A stretch of 64,000 nucleotides of DNA from Camelus ferus (lineage: Eukaryota): NCBI RefSeq assembly GCF_009834535.1, contig NC_045696.1, forward strand, positions 91,204,001 through 91,268,000. The letters are read 5' to 3'. The translations under genes and the position numbers were made by a program. Positions 24,394 through 37,322 of the stretch are shown piece after piece (position 1 is the first letter of the stretch; each line of letters begins with the position of its first letter). The notes beneath the pieces are model-generated. The model was not told the DNA's origin. It worked only from the letters and a program-made list of their open reading frames with translations, and did no database searches.

Positions 24394-24414
24394 TTATTAT
24401 TATCATTATTATTA

Positions 24415-24462
<48 letters not shown>
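24394..24462. repeat. (ATT)n microsatellite with two ATC variants
   Basis: Read directly; about 23 units. Confidence 0.97.
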
Positions 24463-24463
<1 letters not shown>

Positions 24464-25637
24464 GCTTGATTGATTGGCCAAAGTTTTAATTTTAATTCCT
24501 GGGTTTATTTTAAAGAAAGCAATTTAGCAATCTGTGTTGTTTGCAGTGTTTATGGAAGATGAGGCAAAGGAGCAGAGATATCCAGGAGAAAAAAAAATCT
24601 GCAGTTTAGCATTCTTGTCCCTGTAGAATCCTTCCTTATATTATGGAAATTTTTGCAGACCTCAGGCCATGACTATTGAACAGATCTCACCTTCCACAGC
24701 TTCTCATTGACCTACAGCACAATATAGGGGTTTTTGAACATAAAAGAATCATTGACAACTTCTATATTACTCTAAGAAATTGTTTACCCATGTGATAAAG
24801 AAGCCTCTCCAACTTCCTTAATTAAAAGTATGTTACATCAGTGACCCACCCTCCTGGTGGAGAAGCTAAAATCCACCAAGCCTTTTCCTCCCCTACCAAT
24901 CAAATCCCATCCTCAGTTTGTTTGCATCTTCTCTCCTGTTAGCTCTGTGATATCACAGTGATGCTTTCCCCCTGCATTACGTGTTGACTGACTGTGGACA
25001 GATTGTGCAGGGTCTTGAAAGTCTCTGAGCAGTTGAAGCTTTGGTCTTTGGAGTTATTAATTTATAATCACATTATTTGAGGAATCTGGTGAGGAAAGGG
25101 CTGAAGATATGTCCACTTGGTTTGTCTGTCCTGCTCTTTCAGCCTACCAAGCTGGATAGAGATGAATTTCAGCAAAAAAGTCAGACCTCAGTTCCTCTCC
25201 TTCTTTTCTGATCCTGTGTTGATATGATGGGCTCACATGATTTCAGTGTTCTTGCATCTGATAACATAAACATGTTTACCATGGAGGGAAGCAAGAAAAG
25301 AGGTCAAAGGAAACAGAAAGAGAGAAGAAACCCTGCTGCATCCATCTTTGGGACAGTATGGTTACCAGGGGGGTGGGAATGATCATTTTGCATAGATGTG
25401 TGAGTTTCCTGGAAGAGTCAGCCAAGCAAGGCTTTCAGACTGCTAGCAATCTGCAAGGTTGCCTTAGTTTGAAAATAATTTTAAAAAATAAAAGAAAGAG
25501 GAAGAAGGCGATCAAGGAAGGAAGTAGCAGTTCTATGAATTAGCACTACTTTACTAGCTGCTAGTGACACCATAATGTCTCTTTTTAGAAAGGCATTCAA
25601 AATTCAATAAATGATAATTTTATGTATCACTTATTTT

Positions 25638-26267
25638 TTTTACTGAAAATTAAAAAAATATAAAAAATTGAAGTATAGTTGGTTTACAATGTTGTATTAG
25701 TTTCTGGTGTACAGCATAGTGATTACAGATTACAAGCCATTCAGTATAGTTCCCTGTGCAATACACTAAGACCTTGCCGTTTATCTATTTTATATATAGT
25801 AGTTAGTATCTGCAAATCCCAAACTCCTAATTTATCCTTCTCCCATTCCCTCTGGTAACCATAAGTTTGTTGTCTTTGAGTCTCTTTCTGTTTTGTAAAT
25901 GAGTTTATTCATGTCATTTTTTTAGATTCCATATGTAAATGATATATTTGTCTTTCTCTGTCTGATTTACTTCACTTGTATAATAATCTCTAAGTCCAAA
26001 TCCATATTGCTGCAAATGGCATTATTCCATTCATTTTCATGGATAAGTAGTATTTCATTGTATATATATACCACAATTTCTTTATCCATTCATCTATTGA
26101 TGGACATTTAGGTTGCTTCCATGTCTTGGCTATTGTATATACTGCTGCTATGAACATTGGGGTGCATGTATCTTTTTGAATTAGAGTTCCCTCCAGATCT
26201 ATGCCCAGGAGTGGGATTGCTGGATCATATGGTATCTCTATTTTTACTTTTCTAAGGAACTTACATA
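25638..26267 (-). mobile_element. 5'-truncated cetartiodactyl-type L1 (3'UTR and end of ORF2) with 18-bp TSD
   Basis: TTGAAGTATAGTTGGTTTACAATGTTG..GGGATTGCTGGATCATATGGTA. TSD TTATGTATCACTTATTTT (25620-25637) / TTATATATCACTTCTTTT (26268-26285), 16/18 identical. Confidence 0.92.
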
Positions 26268-26687
26268 TTATATATCACTTCTTTTAGAGGAGTGATTTCT
26301 TTAAATAGGAGCAGCATATAAGGAGCTAAAAAAATAATTGAATTATTAAATAATTTAACTAACATTTAGCTTAATTAACAAGGGTTTATTTTAATTATAT
26401 AAGTAATGCATTTTTTTCTTGACTTGAAAAGAGTTTTATAACTGAATGGCTCTTTTGGATGAAACCAAATTGGCAAAGTGAAAAGCAAACTGTTCGAGTT
26501 GCCATCCGGTCATCGCCAAATATCTGAGCGTTTTCTCCAATCATGTAGATCTTATTCATTCATTCGGCATTTAAAGAAATGTTGCAATATCTGTGTTCCA
26601 GACACCACGCTGGATGGGGCTGTGGGAAGCACAATGAGGAAAGTATAATCCCTGCACAGAAGGAGCTCGGTCTAGGCAGAATTTGCA

Positions 26688-27138
26688 CGTATTTGTTTCC
26701 TAGGAAAACAACAGAACGCCACAAACCAGGGAGCTTAAAACAACAGATGTTTATTCTTTCACAGCTCTGGAGGCTAGAATTCCAAAGTCAAGGTGGCAGC
26801 AGGACTGGCTCCTTTTTGGGAACTCAGAGGCAGAATCTGGTCTCTAGCTTCTGGTGATTGCCCTCAGTCCTTGGAGTTTCTTGGTTTGTGGCAGCAAAAC
26901 TTCAATCTCTGCTGTGGTCATATGGTGTTCTCCCTCTGTGTGTCATTATCCAAATTTCCCTTTTCTTATAAGGACACAGATCAATGGATTTAGGGCCCAC
27001 CCGAATCCAGTATGACCCCATCTTAACTTGATTACATCTGTAAGGACCCTATTTTTAAACATTGGCAAATTCTGAGTACTGGAGGTTAGGACTTCAACAT
27101 ATCTTTTTTTGGAAGGGTACACATTTCAACCCATAACA
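26688..27138 (-). mobile_element. MaLR solo LTR, MLT1C-like
   Basis: GCTTAAAACAACAGATGTTTATTC..AACTTGATTACATCTGTAAGGACCCTATTT..GTTAGGACTTCAACATATCTTTT..TTCAACCCATAACA. Confidence 0.9.
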
Positions 27139-27589
27139 CTATCCAAGAAGACCCTCTGTAGAGGTGAGGATACCTTGGTTGGACAAGCAGTGTGCAGGGG
27201 CAGCAGGGGGCACTGAAAGTGACCTGACACAGATAAGGCAGTGACATGGAAGATGGGAATGGGGGCCACTCAAAAGAAAGACTTAGCTTTAACCATCTGT
27301 GCCAGTTGGACGAACCAACACCATATAGAAGCCAGTCAAGTAACATCTTTCATGCTCTCTTTCCTACAAGGAGTCAGAAACTGAGACCACCAGATTGGAT
27401 AGGGTGGGGAAATAGCCTGGACCAGGTAGCCCTCAGTCCCCTCTGCCACCACAGGCTTCCCCTTGCAGTGAGATCCAGCTGCAGGAGAAAAGAAAGTAAC
27501 CTGAAATAGAGTTCAGAGTCTTGATTATTTGCTCAGGTGAGACACATTCATTACTGATCTAAGACTTTTTGAGGACTAAGATGACCAGA

Positions 27590-28548
27590 GGATTTATTAG
27601 CCAAGAGGGACCAGCTAAGTCATGGACCTGCCTGTTTCTCATCTAAGGAGGTGGGAGGAGGAAAAAACACCTTACAGAACCAGCAGAAGGGGCCATCGTG
27701 AGGAAAGAATAGTTGCTTACAGTTGCATCCTGCAGGGCCCAGCTGGCTCCACACAAGCCTTAAAATGGAATTGGGTGCCTGGTGGATTTGGGCAAAGAGG
27801 GTGTGATATGTCCTGAGATAGAGATGTACCCTCATCCTTCTATCTACCCTGCTCCCCACTCCCGGGCTCTCTCAATTCTGGGGCCTGGAGAACATCCAAA
27901 AAGTTCCCAGGACTAGTGGAGATGCCCTTGGAAGGCAGCTGAGAGTGACATACTCAGTCTTGATGGTGATTGAGTGCAGGTTGAGGTTTCCCATGTCCTG
28001 GGCTGGGCGGTGAGCCCTCTGACCTGCACACCTGATGCTGGACTTGGCTGAGCCTTAGAAGACCAGCAGCTTTAAAGGGCCAAGTCATAGGTGGGGGAAT
28101 TCATGGAGCTGATCTCATTCAACTCCCTCTCTTCCTGTGACAGGGATTTGAAATCCCCTGTGTTGACAGTTTGTGATAGCAGGCTGAAAATTGCATCAGC
28201 AGGGAACATCAGAACCAGAAGCAAAGACTCACATTGGAGGGAAGGTGGAACAGGAGGAGGCGTGCCTTCCTCAGTCAGGGCGGAGGGGGCTGAGGAGGGC
28301 AGCAGGATGAGATGCCTCACTCCAAAGTCAGGGCAACAGTCCATAGCGATAAACTCTTAAGGAAAGAAGGGAGAATTAGATCTATTATCTTGCCCAAGGG
28401 ACAATCAAAGAGAACCAAGTTAGTAGATGATTAAGTTTTTAACTGAACATGGAAACCTGTTATCAAGAACTATACTGAATCCATAGAGAAACAAAGAATG
28501 TTCTGTTTAGGCACATCTGTATTATAACTGTATTTTCATCCTGCTACT
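27590..28548 (+). mobile_element. Possible ancient Gypsy-like mammalian LTR (MamGypLTR-like)
   Basis: The 3' end ATAGAGAAACAAAGAA..GCACATCTG..CCTGCTAC resembles recalled MamGypLTR termini. The 5' boundary is uncertain. Confidence 0.35.
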
Positions 28549-29124
28549 GAAACTATTATGTTGGTTATAAAGAGTGGGTGGAGAAGAGACCGGCAAGTGG
28601 ACTGGAGGCACACCCAGTGAGTATGGGAGGGAGGCTACTCATCCAGGACAGCCCTGTTCAGCATAGAGCAGATTCATCCTCTAGGAAAGCGCTTTCACTG
28701 GCTGTGGAAAATAAAAGTGTGACATTAAAAAGACTTGTTTCTATACTAGTAAAATTAAGTGCATTATTTGCTCAAAAGCTGTGGGGAACTGTCATTTCTG
28801 TATTATATCAGATTGGTGATGTGAAGGAGGCAATAAGGATCATAGGCTGCTGTGAGCTCCCGGGAATGGGTATGCCTTGTGGCCACAGAAATCTATTGTA
28901 AACACCACAGGAAACACCATACTGTTGCCAGATTTGCTGGCACTTGGCCCCCAACTGGTGTTAAGAGTGTAGGAATGCAAATATGGAATTATAATTTATT
29001 GATGTAAAAGCTGAGAGAAGGAATCCCTGGAATTCCCTGGTTCCTGGTTCCCAGGTCTACCCTTTTCAACGGTATTTTTGCTAGTGTGAAAATACTCATA
29101 TACTGAATGCGAAAATTAGACACT

Positions 29125-29340
29125 GTAGCTAATAAGTATATAATGTTTAGTAGATGCCAGCCAAAATTCTAAAGGCTTTATATAAAATAACTCATTGAAA
29201 CTTTATACCAATCCTATAAGGTGGGTACAATTATTAAACACATTTCATGTATGAAGAAACTGAGGCACTGAAAGGCTAAGAAATTTGCCCAAGATCATCT
29301 AGTTAATGAACGGTAGCCCTGGGAATCATACAGGTAGTAT
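29125..29340 (-). mobile_element. MIR SINE
   Basis: ATGAAGAAACTGAGGCACTGAAAGGCTAAGAAATTTGCCCAAGATCA. Confidence 0.85.
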
Positions 29341-29887
29341 GATAAATAAAATGGAAGCAAAGACCAGTCTTGGATAAGCGATTTTGCTAATATTCTTTTC
29401 TTGGTAAGTTGTAGGGAAGGGAGCTGTGACAGTTTCACCTCACTCCACCTTCCCATTTCCTCAGACATAAGTCAGTTCTGAACTTGTTTAGCAGCCTTCA
29501 CCTACACAGATCTGCCTGGAGCGCTGACATAGCATTTCTTTCCTGAAGGGATACAACAGAATAGGGGGGAAGATTTTTGCATCTCTTCTCAGAAACAGAC
29601 TCATCAACTTCCAGGAAGTGCAGAAGAGAAATTAAAATTAATAGAAGGATGTCATTCATTTTGCTCTCTGCCTTTAAAAAAGTTAGTGTCTCCATGAAGA
29701 TTTCCTCCCACAATTATTGAATGATCTGTGCCCATTATTGGTGGGAGATGGAAGTAATGATCTAGTTTCTAGTCAGACAATAAAGTTTATTACACATGCC
29801 AAGAAAGACTGGCTTTGGATGAAACTGGGAAGAGTGGAGCTGGGATCTGGGCCTCCTGTTTCTCTTTACATAGTTTTACACAATCCT

Positions 29888-30100
29888 AGAACACTTGGGC
29901 ACGAAGGGACCTAAAAGATGTTCTCTGTTTTTTTTTAATTGAATTATGGTCAATTTACAATGTTGTGTTAATTTCTGGTGTACAGCATAGTGATACATTT
30001 ACCGATCTCCTGATTTTAGAGATGAGAAGACTGAGTCCAGAGAATGCATGTAATTTGCTCCAATTAGAAAACCCTATTATCTGGACTCCTAGTCCAGAGC
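29888..30100 (-). mobile_element. MIR SINE interrupted by a short L1 tail
   Basis: GAAGGGACCTAAAAGAT | CTGATTTTAGAGATGAGAAGACTGAGTCCAGAG. Confidence 0.65.
29928..30000 (-). mobile_element. Very short L1 3' tail (~70 bp)
   Basis: Poly-T plus AATTGAATTATGGTCAATTTACAATGTTGTGTTAATTTCTGGTGTACAGCATAGTGAT, homologous to the L1 3' ends at 25.67 and 44.07 kb. Confidence 0.85.
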
Positions 30101-30109
30101 TACTCAGAA

Positions 30110-30262
30110 CATACACATATACTACCCACATCCACACGCATTCACACAGAGACAGATGGACACACATACAGAATCCTGCATGTACACACATGCACACAGA
30201 TACACACATGTACACACGGACCAGTATACAGGCAAGAACACACAGATATACACGTGCACACA
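30110..30262. repeat. Degenerate (CA)-rich low-complexity tract
   Basis: Read directly from the sequence. Confidence 0.85.
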
Positions 30263-31669
30263 AGTGTCTGCTCCTGTATAAAGTCATATTTTCTGCCTAA
30301 ATTCTTCATCAATAACCTGGTAGTTGGTGGAAGTTGATTACTCTTCCCCAAGAACATTTGCATCTTAGTAAATGTCTCCAGAAAACAGACCCAAAGTGAA
30401 AATCCAAAGTAAAGAGTTTTAAAGGTACAATTTCAGACAGAGAACCAGAGACTGAGTGCTGCCCTCTTCCCTGACAGCTGCTTCTTTGGTTAGGGCTCCT
30501 TGTCTCTGGGACCTTCCAACAAAGTCAATATTCTTGTAAGGATGCTGACATTTCTTCTCAATTCAATTTGGTCCCATCCCACCTTACTGGGGTTCCACTT
30601 TCTCACAAACATGGTTCATTGAAAAGGCATTTTAAAAATAACTGTGAAATACAACAAAATAATGTATAGGTTGTAAAGGAGTTGTTCATTTTTCTCTCTT
30701 CTTTTCTCTTCAAGAGGACAAACTGCCCCAGAGCCATGGCTGTGGTTCCACCTGGCCAGTTCATCTTTCTGCTCTGAGGAGCTCAAGGCTTCGCCTGGCT
30801 TCTTCTGCTCCTTTTCGGCCCAGCAGTCAGCTGGGGGTGGAGCCTGAGGGCGACCTTCCCACTTTTAACACTGAAATAAGCATTTATTAGAACAAAAGCT
30901 TCTCGTCTGCATTGCTGGGTTTAATATGAGTGGCTCATCTGACCCACAGATTGCAGCTCCCTTCGCATTGCAATGATATTTTTCATGTTGTACACTGAGG
31001 TTGAACTTGGCTATTGATCTATTTAAACAGAAATACTGCAATTAAGTAGAGATGGGGCTTGAACTAAAATATCTGTCCTTTCTGGGTTCTTGAGAGTATC
31101 CTTGGGACAACTTCTGATAAGAGATAAAGAACCTCAGCATGGCATTTTCTACCCAAAGAAATTCTCGACAAATGACTCCATGGGGCTGTACCAAGGACTT
31201 GCTTTATCAGTACTCAGTGTATTCTATCTGTTTAGCATGAAAAAAATACGCTCTTTTACCCCAGAGGAGCTCAGGATGGCTGTGGGACAGGCTGGTGAGG
31301 AAAAGGCTGTTTCTTGATGTATATATGCTGAAGTGCAGCAAGAAATACAGGGATATTTTTCACTTGGCTTCAAGCCTCCTGGAGTGTCTGTCACCTCCCA
31401 GTGATGGATAGCCATGCAGGGTGAGAAGATGGAGCCCCACGCCATCTGGAGATCTTCATTCTGATGCCAATTATCTTAGCAGGGATCTCTCATAGACCAC
31501 AGCAGAAGGGGACGCCAAGGCATTCATAGCAGCCCCTCGTGGGTGAGTGGAGGTTGGGTCTGGAGTCCCCCAAACTCTTCAAGCCCATGGGCGTGTTCCC
31601 CACAGCAGCACCCCAAGGGCTTTTGTTGTGCTGAGTCAATTCTGCTTTTTCACCGAGGCTAATGAGGCC

Positions 31670-32130
31670 ACATGACCTGGCCTTGCTCTCTCTGTTCCAC
31701 TTCATCTCATTCCTTCCACCGTTGCTCACACTGTCCGGGTCCGCTGGCCTCTTGTTTATGTTCCTTGAATGTGGACAGGCTTCTCTTTCCTAGGCTGGGC
31801 TGAGGTTGGGCAGGACCATGGAACACTCCTTGCCTGAACATTCCCAGAGCTGGGAATGCTCCTTGTCCTCTCCACCCTCAAGCCTCAGTGCCCATGTCTT
31901 CCCTGCCTCCCTCTCCAGTGTAGCCCTCCCACCCTGTCCCTCTCATTTCCCAATTGTATTCCCCACCACCCGCCCCCAGCACTTTATTACCAAGCTTCTC
32001 TTGTTTGTTTCTTATTTCTTGGCTCCTTCCCATATTCTAGATGAAAGCTTAATGAAAACAGAAAACTTGACTGTTCTTCCAACACTATTTGGCACACAGT
32101 AGGTGCTCAATAAATACTTGTTGAATGAAG
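31670..32130 (+). mobile_element. L2 LINE 3' fragment
   Basis: CTGGCCTCTTG..TTCCTTGAA..TGGCACACAGTAGGTGCTCAATAAATACTTGTTGAATGAA terminus. Confidence 0.8.
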
Positions 32131-32569
32131 AAAGGGCTGTTAGAGTTTTAAGTTGGGTGATGACATCAAGATTTCCTTCTCAAGATTTCTTCTTCCTCTT
32201 TAACTGCTTATGAGGCAGGACTGGTCTTTAAATCTTCCAAGAATTGTTGTACCATTGATGTGACAAAAGTTCTCTTAGCATGAGGTTGGCATTTGGGATA
32301 GAATGGATGGCATATCCTTCCAGAGTCTCTGGGAACGCCGGCCATCTTGGCGATGTCTTGTAATCTCATCAAGTTCCCTATCCTGTTCATCGAGCAGCCA
32401 AGGATCAGAGGTTCCTAGAAGGCCAGGCCCCTGTGCCCTGGCTACTCTGACTCATTATTTCTGAGGCTTCATCCCAACCTTCACTGAGGCCCACCAGCCC
32501 AAGAGACTCTTTCTCTTATGCTTGTACTTGCAATAGCACAAAAATGTCATGGCTAAGTGGCTCTCCCTT

Positions 32570-32740
32570 CAGGATTTTTGGAATCTAGGTGGCTTTGCCA
32601 CTTATTTACCTTGTAATCTCAAGCAGGTTACTTAACCTCCTCAGACCTCAATTTTCCCAATTTGTAAAATGGGACTAATATGATAAAGTTGTTTTGAGGC
32701 TTAAGGGAGAAAATGATGTAAATAAATAATAGAATGACTA
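32570..32740 (+). mobile_element. MIR SINE fragment
   Basis: GCAGGTTACTTAACCTCCTCAGACCTCAATTTTCCCAATTTGTAAAATGGG. Confidence 0.8.
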
Positions 32741-32769
32741 TTTACTAAGTTCAGTGCCTCCCTTTGGAC

Positions 32770-33066
32770 TCTCTTATCATTCAAGAAAGATGTCACCTCC
32801 TCCCTGAGGCTTTCCCTGACCTGGACTGAAATAAACCCCTGCTCATACCTCTCTATCCCAGCACCTGTTCTGGTTTCTCAGTAGCACTAATCACCAGTGG
32901 ACACAGTCTGGTTGGCTCATACATTTGTAGTTTGTGATCTGCATCCCAAACTAGGATGAGAACAGGGTCCCTCTCTGCCCTGTTTGCTGCTACATCCTCA
33001 GTGTCGAGAACAGTGCCTGGCCTGTAGCGGATGCTCTGTTAAATGCTTCTTGAATTAATGACTGAA
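32770..33066 (+). mobile_element. L2 LINE 3' fragment
   Basis: ATGTCACCTCCTCCCTGAGGCTTTCCCTGACC..AACAGTGCCTGGC..TTGAATTAATGACTGAAT. Confidence 0.8.
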
Positions 33067-33454
33067 TATTCCAGCTGCTTCGTATACATCACTTCAGTTC
33101 ACCCTGACCATTCCTCAAAATAATAGTGCCATTATTTTAAAGACAGTGAAAACAAAACTGAAATAACTTATAAATTGATATATTTTCTGAGTGTTGCTAC
33201 AGGTCAGACGCTAAGCTAAGGGACTTTCAGTGATGATCTCTTTATTAAGGAAGAGGGGCCAATAAAGAAAGGATGAGCCCCAAAGGTCATTTAGGGCTGA
33301 CCACTTCCATTGTGGGCTAGGCACTAATTTTGAATGAAAATTACTTCTTAGGATGAGGTCCAAGTTTTCCTTTATCCCAGGTATTCTGAAATCTCACCCT
33401 TGTCCACATGGCAATTATTTTAACTGTAACACAATTGGAAAGGACATCAATTAC

Positions 33455-33720
33455 AATTGTATCAGGCTGCGGGGAACACAAACCCACCCACCCAGCTTTA
33501 ACATATATTGTTTTCCCAGCTGTTAGAAATTCTATGGGTAGATGGTCCAGGCCTGTTCAGCAGATATATGATGTCACCAGTGTCTCAGCTTCCTTCTAGT
33601 TTTTTGCTTTGCTTCCCTTAGTATTGGTTTCTTCTTCACGCTTGCTGCTTCATGGTTACTGTATCTCCAAGATTCACATCCACATTCTGCTAGTCTCAAA
33701 CAGAGGCTGGAAAATTGAAT
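33455..33720 (-). mobile_element. Old MaLR LTR fragment (MLT1J-like)
   Basis: TCAGGCTGC..GTAGATGGTCCAGG..GTTCAGCAG..ATGATGTCACCAG..CATGGTTACTG; degenerate. Confidence 0.45.
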
Positions 33721-34189
33721 CTTTTTGTTGAGCATTTTATCTCCCAAGGAAGAAGAAAATAACTGTTGGATAGAAAAACCACAAAAAATGATGGCTAGTC
33801 CATTGGCTGCCAAGATGACCAATTGTTGTTTAATAAACATCAGATAATCAGAGCTCAAAATGAGCCAGGGGAATATATTTAGTCTTTGGTGGTTCATGTG
33901 ACCATAGAATCAACTTGCAGTGACTCCCACAAGGTACTTAGAGTTCTTAAAATATGTTGATGTATGTATGCCCTTTGAATGAGACACTCTCAAATATTTG
34001 GCTGAATGGAGTCAAGTTGTAAGTGTGTTTTCTGAAAATTTGACTGACCATACCTAGGATTTAGATTTACTTTATGCCATCCACAGGGCCATCCACCTGA
34101 ATCCAGAGGCAATAGTGAAAATTCACATGGAGAGTTCACCTGGAATTGATTCCTCTCTGCTCTAAAGGAGGTTGAGAACTAACATCCAT

Positions 34190-34751
34190 TGAGTTGGCAG
34201 ATGCTGTAAATTGCCTCTCCAACAGCCATTTCCAACTATTCTTCCCTGCAACATAATCCCAGTTTATTCAGTTATTGAGGAAAGATACTCTAAGCTCACA
34301 GAGTGTAGTTCTCCACCCCAACTCCATGGAACAAATTATTATTGATCTGAATCAGTCCTGGAAATCTTGCCACTGGACAGTAGATGATCTATGGTGGTGG
34401 GGGGTGTTGCACAATTCTAGCCACTGAGAGGTAAGGGAAGTTTGCTGGTGGTGGTAGTGGCTGAGGGTGGAGGGTTGGGGGGATAGAGTTGAGGGGATAG
34501 TTCCCTTTCCCTAAAGACAAGGACTCAAGAAGGAAATACTTTTCCTTCCAGTTCTGGAGGTAGATGTGTCACTGGATCCGTTCAGCTATCTTGGAAGATG
34601 TCAGTCCTTGCATTGTTTTGTTCATTAACCAATCAGGGCAACTACTACCTCTGGATTTCTTGTCATGTGAGAAAAGTACACTTCTATTTAAAACTTTGGA
34701 GTTGTGTTTTCTTCCTATTACTTGCAGCCATACAGAATTCTAACTTACACA
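34190..34751 (+). mobile_element. Old MaLR LTR (MLT1H/I/J group)
   Basis: TGGCAGATGCTG..CAACAGCCATT..ACAATTCTAGCCACTGAGA..CTCTGGATTTCTTGTCATGTGAGA..TACTTGCAGCC..CTAACTTACACA. Confidence 0.7.
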
Positions 34752-35402
34752 CATTCTCCGTGTCAGGCACTGAAAATGGTGCTTTGGTTACCCAGTTCTA
34801 CACTTTATGGGTTTGTACCTGACCTCAGTTTTCAGTTCTATAGAACAAAGCTAGTAAAAACACCCACCTCTTTGACTGCGGTGAGGATGGAATGAGCATT
34901 CTGGGCAAAGAGCTCATTGCTCATTCTGTCACAATGCAAGATGTCAGAGAGTGGGAGCTGTTATTACTATTCAACAGCATTTGCTTTGAAATATTTGGAG
35001 AACTGCTTAGCTTGGCTGGTAGGAAAGGAAAAGGGGCAAGAGGGTCAGCAATGGAGCTGCTGGTAGAAGGGGGCTGGAAATGTGGACTAGGAAGCTCCAT
35101 GGGATTGTAACTGCTACAAAGCCTGACTGGGAAGGCCCGGGGAGGAAAAGAAGGGGCAGAACGGCAGAGGTGAGGGGGAACGCTGCCTAGTGTAGCATTG
35201 TGGGCATGTCAGACAGAGCCACAAAACTGCAAAACAAGCAAGAGAAGCCATCCATGTACAGTGTGGTGTTTGATGGGACTAGGATTATGAAAAATGGGAA
35301 TCGCTGCAGTCAGTCAACACTTGGCATGAATGGGTGGATATTCTTGCTATACTTTGATTTCAAAGACCTCTGTATATAGCTGCTAGAATGGAATATGTGT
35401 CA

Positions 35403-35471
35403 AAAACAAAGCATGCAAAAACAAACAAACAAACAAACAAACAAAAACCAAACAAACAAAAACCAAAAAAA
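35403..35471. repeat. (AAAC)n-rich microsatellite
   Basis: Read directly from the sequence. Confidence 0.9.
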
Positions 35472-36891
35472 CAGAGACACAGAGAAAGGAAGCCATGCCT
35501 GACATGAAAAGAATTACAGCATCCAGGTGGTGGGGAGGCCTCCTGGAGCCTTTAAATCATTCCTTTTCTGTGCTCCGTTCTGCCCACTGTTAGAGTTAAT
35601 TCTCCATAATCAGAATTGCTCACCTAGAAATTTCTACTCATCTCCAGGTTTTCACCCAGAAGGCAGTTCAACCTCACAGCCTGATCCTCCCCAATCTTGG
35701 CTGGTTACCTCAAACCACAGAGAAGCAAGTGTGTTCATCTTAAAGATGCTCCAGCTGAAAGGGTCCAGACAATAATGTTGATCCCTTTCACTTTAGGGCT
35801 CTCAGCATAAACACCCAGCAGATCTCAGACATGCATCAGTAGTGCTACCAATCCAGACAGCTGGAACCCACCCCAGTTTGAGCTGTCTCGGGCACAAAGC
35901 ACAATAGTACTTCTGCTAGATGTGCATAGTAACCATATTTTACCTTAGAAATCCTCAGGGAAAGCCAGTCCCTTGGAACAAAAAGTCATGTGTAAGTGTT
36001 TTTGAGTCCTTCTGTCATGTTTAGTGACTGGAAGGACTCCCATAGCCACCAAAATATTCTTATACTGTATATTATGTATATTAGACTGTATACTATGACC
36101 TGAAAATTTTAGTCTCTTTTGTTCCTGATGACTCTGGAAACAAACACATGAATTTATGAGACTTTTGTAGGCCATGAATGTTTCATTTGGCAGAAGTGAG
36201 CCCATCTTTTATATATAACAGATAACACTAGTGTCTGTATGTGTGTGTTTGTGCACATGTGTGTGCACGTATGTCCATCCCTCCATCTTCTCTCATGTGA
36301 ATCGTTAGTAGGATCTGTGGTCTCCTTGACTCTGTTCCTCCCCCTGCTGTTCCACCCTCTACATTATAGTCAGAATGAGCTTCCTGCCTCTTCCTTGCTT
36401 AAAACCCTTCAAAGTCTTGTTCATAGGATAAAGCTGTAACATGGCTTGTCAGTCAGATGGCCTTCTCCCTAGTTTGCCTGAGATAGTCCTGATTCATGCC
36501 TGTTGCTCCAGTGTATTTATTAACAGTGTCTCCTTCTGCTCTAAAAGTGATTATATTGAAAAGATACAGTGGAAGACAAATTATGTGGGCATCCTATTTA
36601 TAAGGCCTCAAACCCTCCAGCCTTAGATATCCCTACCCCACCCTTCAATTCCACACTCCAGAATACAGATATACCCAGGACCCTTTATTCATGCATTTTT
36701 CCTTCTTGCCTGAAATATTTTCCCTCCTTTAACCTCATTTACTTGGCTAATTCCTATTCGTTCTGCAAAGCCTTCTCAGAATCCCCAAATCTATCAGAGT
36801 TAGATGGCCCTCCTTTGGCATCTCATGATACCCTAAACTTTCCTTACCTTTGCTTATCAACACCATCTTGACACGGCCACACTGTCTGCTC

Positions 36892-37322
36892 TGGGACAGA
36901 TTGTATTATCCCTCTGAGTTATTCATTGCTTCTGCATAAGGATTTTATATCCCTGCCTGCTGCCACGTAACTTGCAGGATTTTGAGGAGTACTATTGTCT
37001 GCCCTATTGATGGCAAGTGTGGCTACATGACTTGCTGTAGCCAGTGGAAGGGAATATAATGTACACTGTGTCTGATGGAAGCTTTATGAGCCTTGGGGTG
37101 TCTGCACCAGCTCAACTGCTTTTTCTTGGTCATGAGAATAGCATATCCCTTGAAAAGGTCTTCTCTTTCAGTCTGAATCTCAGAATGAAAAGACATGTGG
37201 GCAAAGTCACGGCCAATATCATATAACATAAATGGAAAAAAAAAAAAGCAGTTGTGGTTGTAGGCCACCTGAGATCTGGGAATTGTTACTGCAAGATAAC
37301 CCAGTGAAGGCTGACTGCTGCT
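36892..37322 (+). mobile_element. Old MaLR LTR (MLT1K/L-like), apparently inserted in L2 remnants (~36250-36890 and 37330-37460)
   Basis: GGCTACATGACTTGCTGTAGCCAGTGGAA..CAGTCTGAATCTCAGAATGA..GCCACCTGAGAT..TTGTTACTGCA. The flanks carry L2 motifs (CTTAAAACCCTTCAA; CCCAGAGCAGTGCC). Confidence 0.65.

Noticed and set aside
29955..30363. His/Thr- and Cys/Val-rich ORFs
   Set aside because: Translations of a degenerate (CA)n tract.
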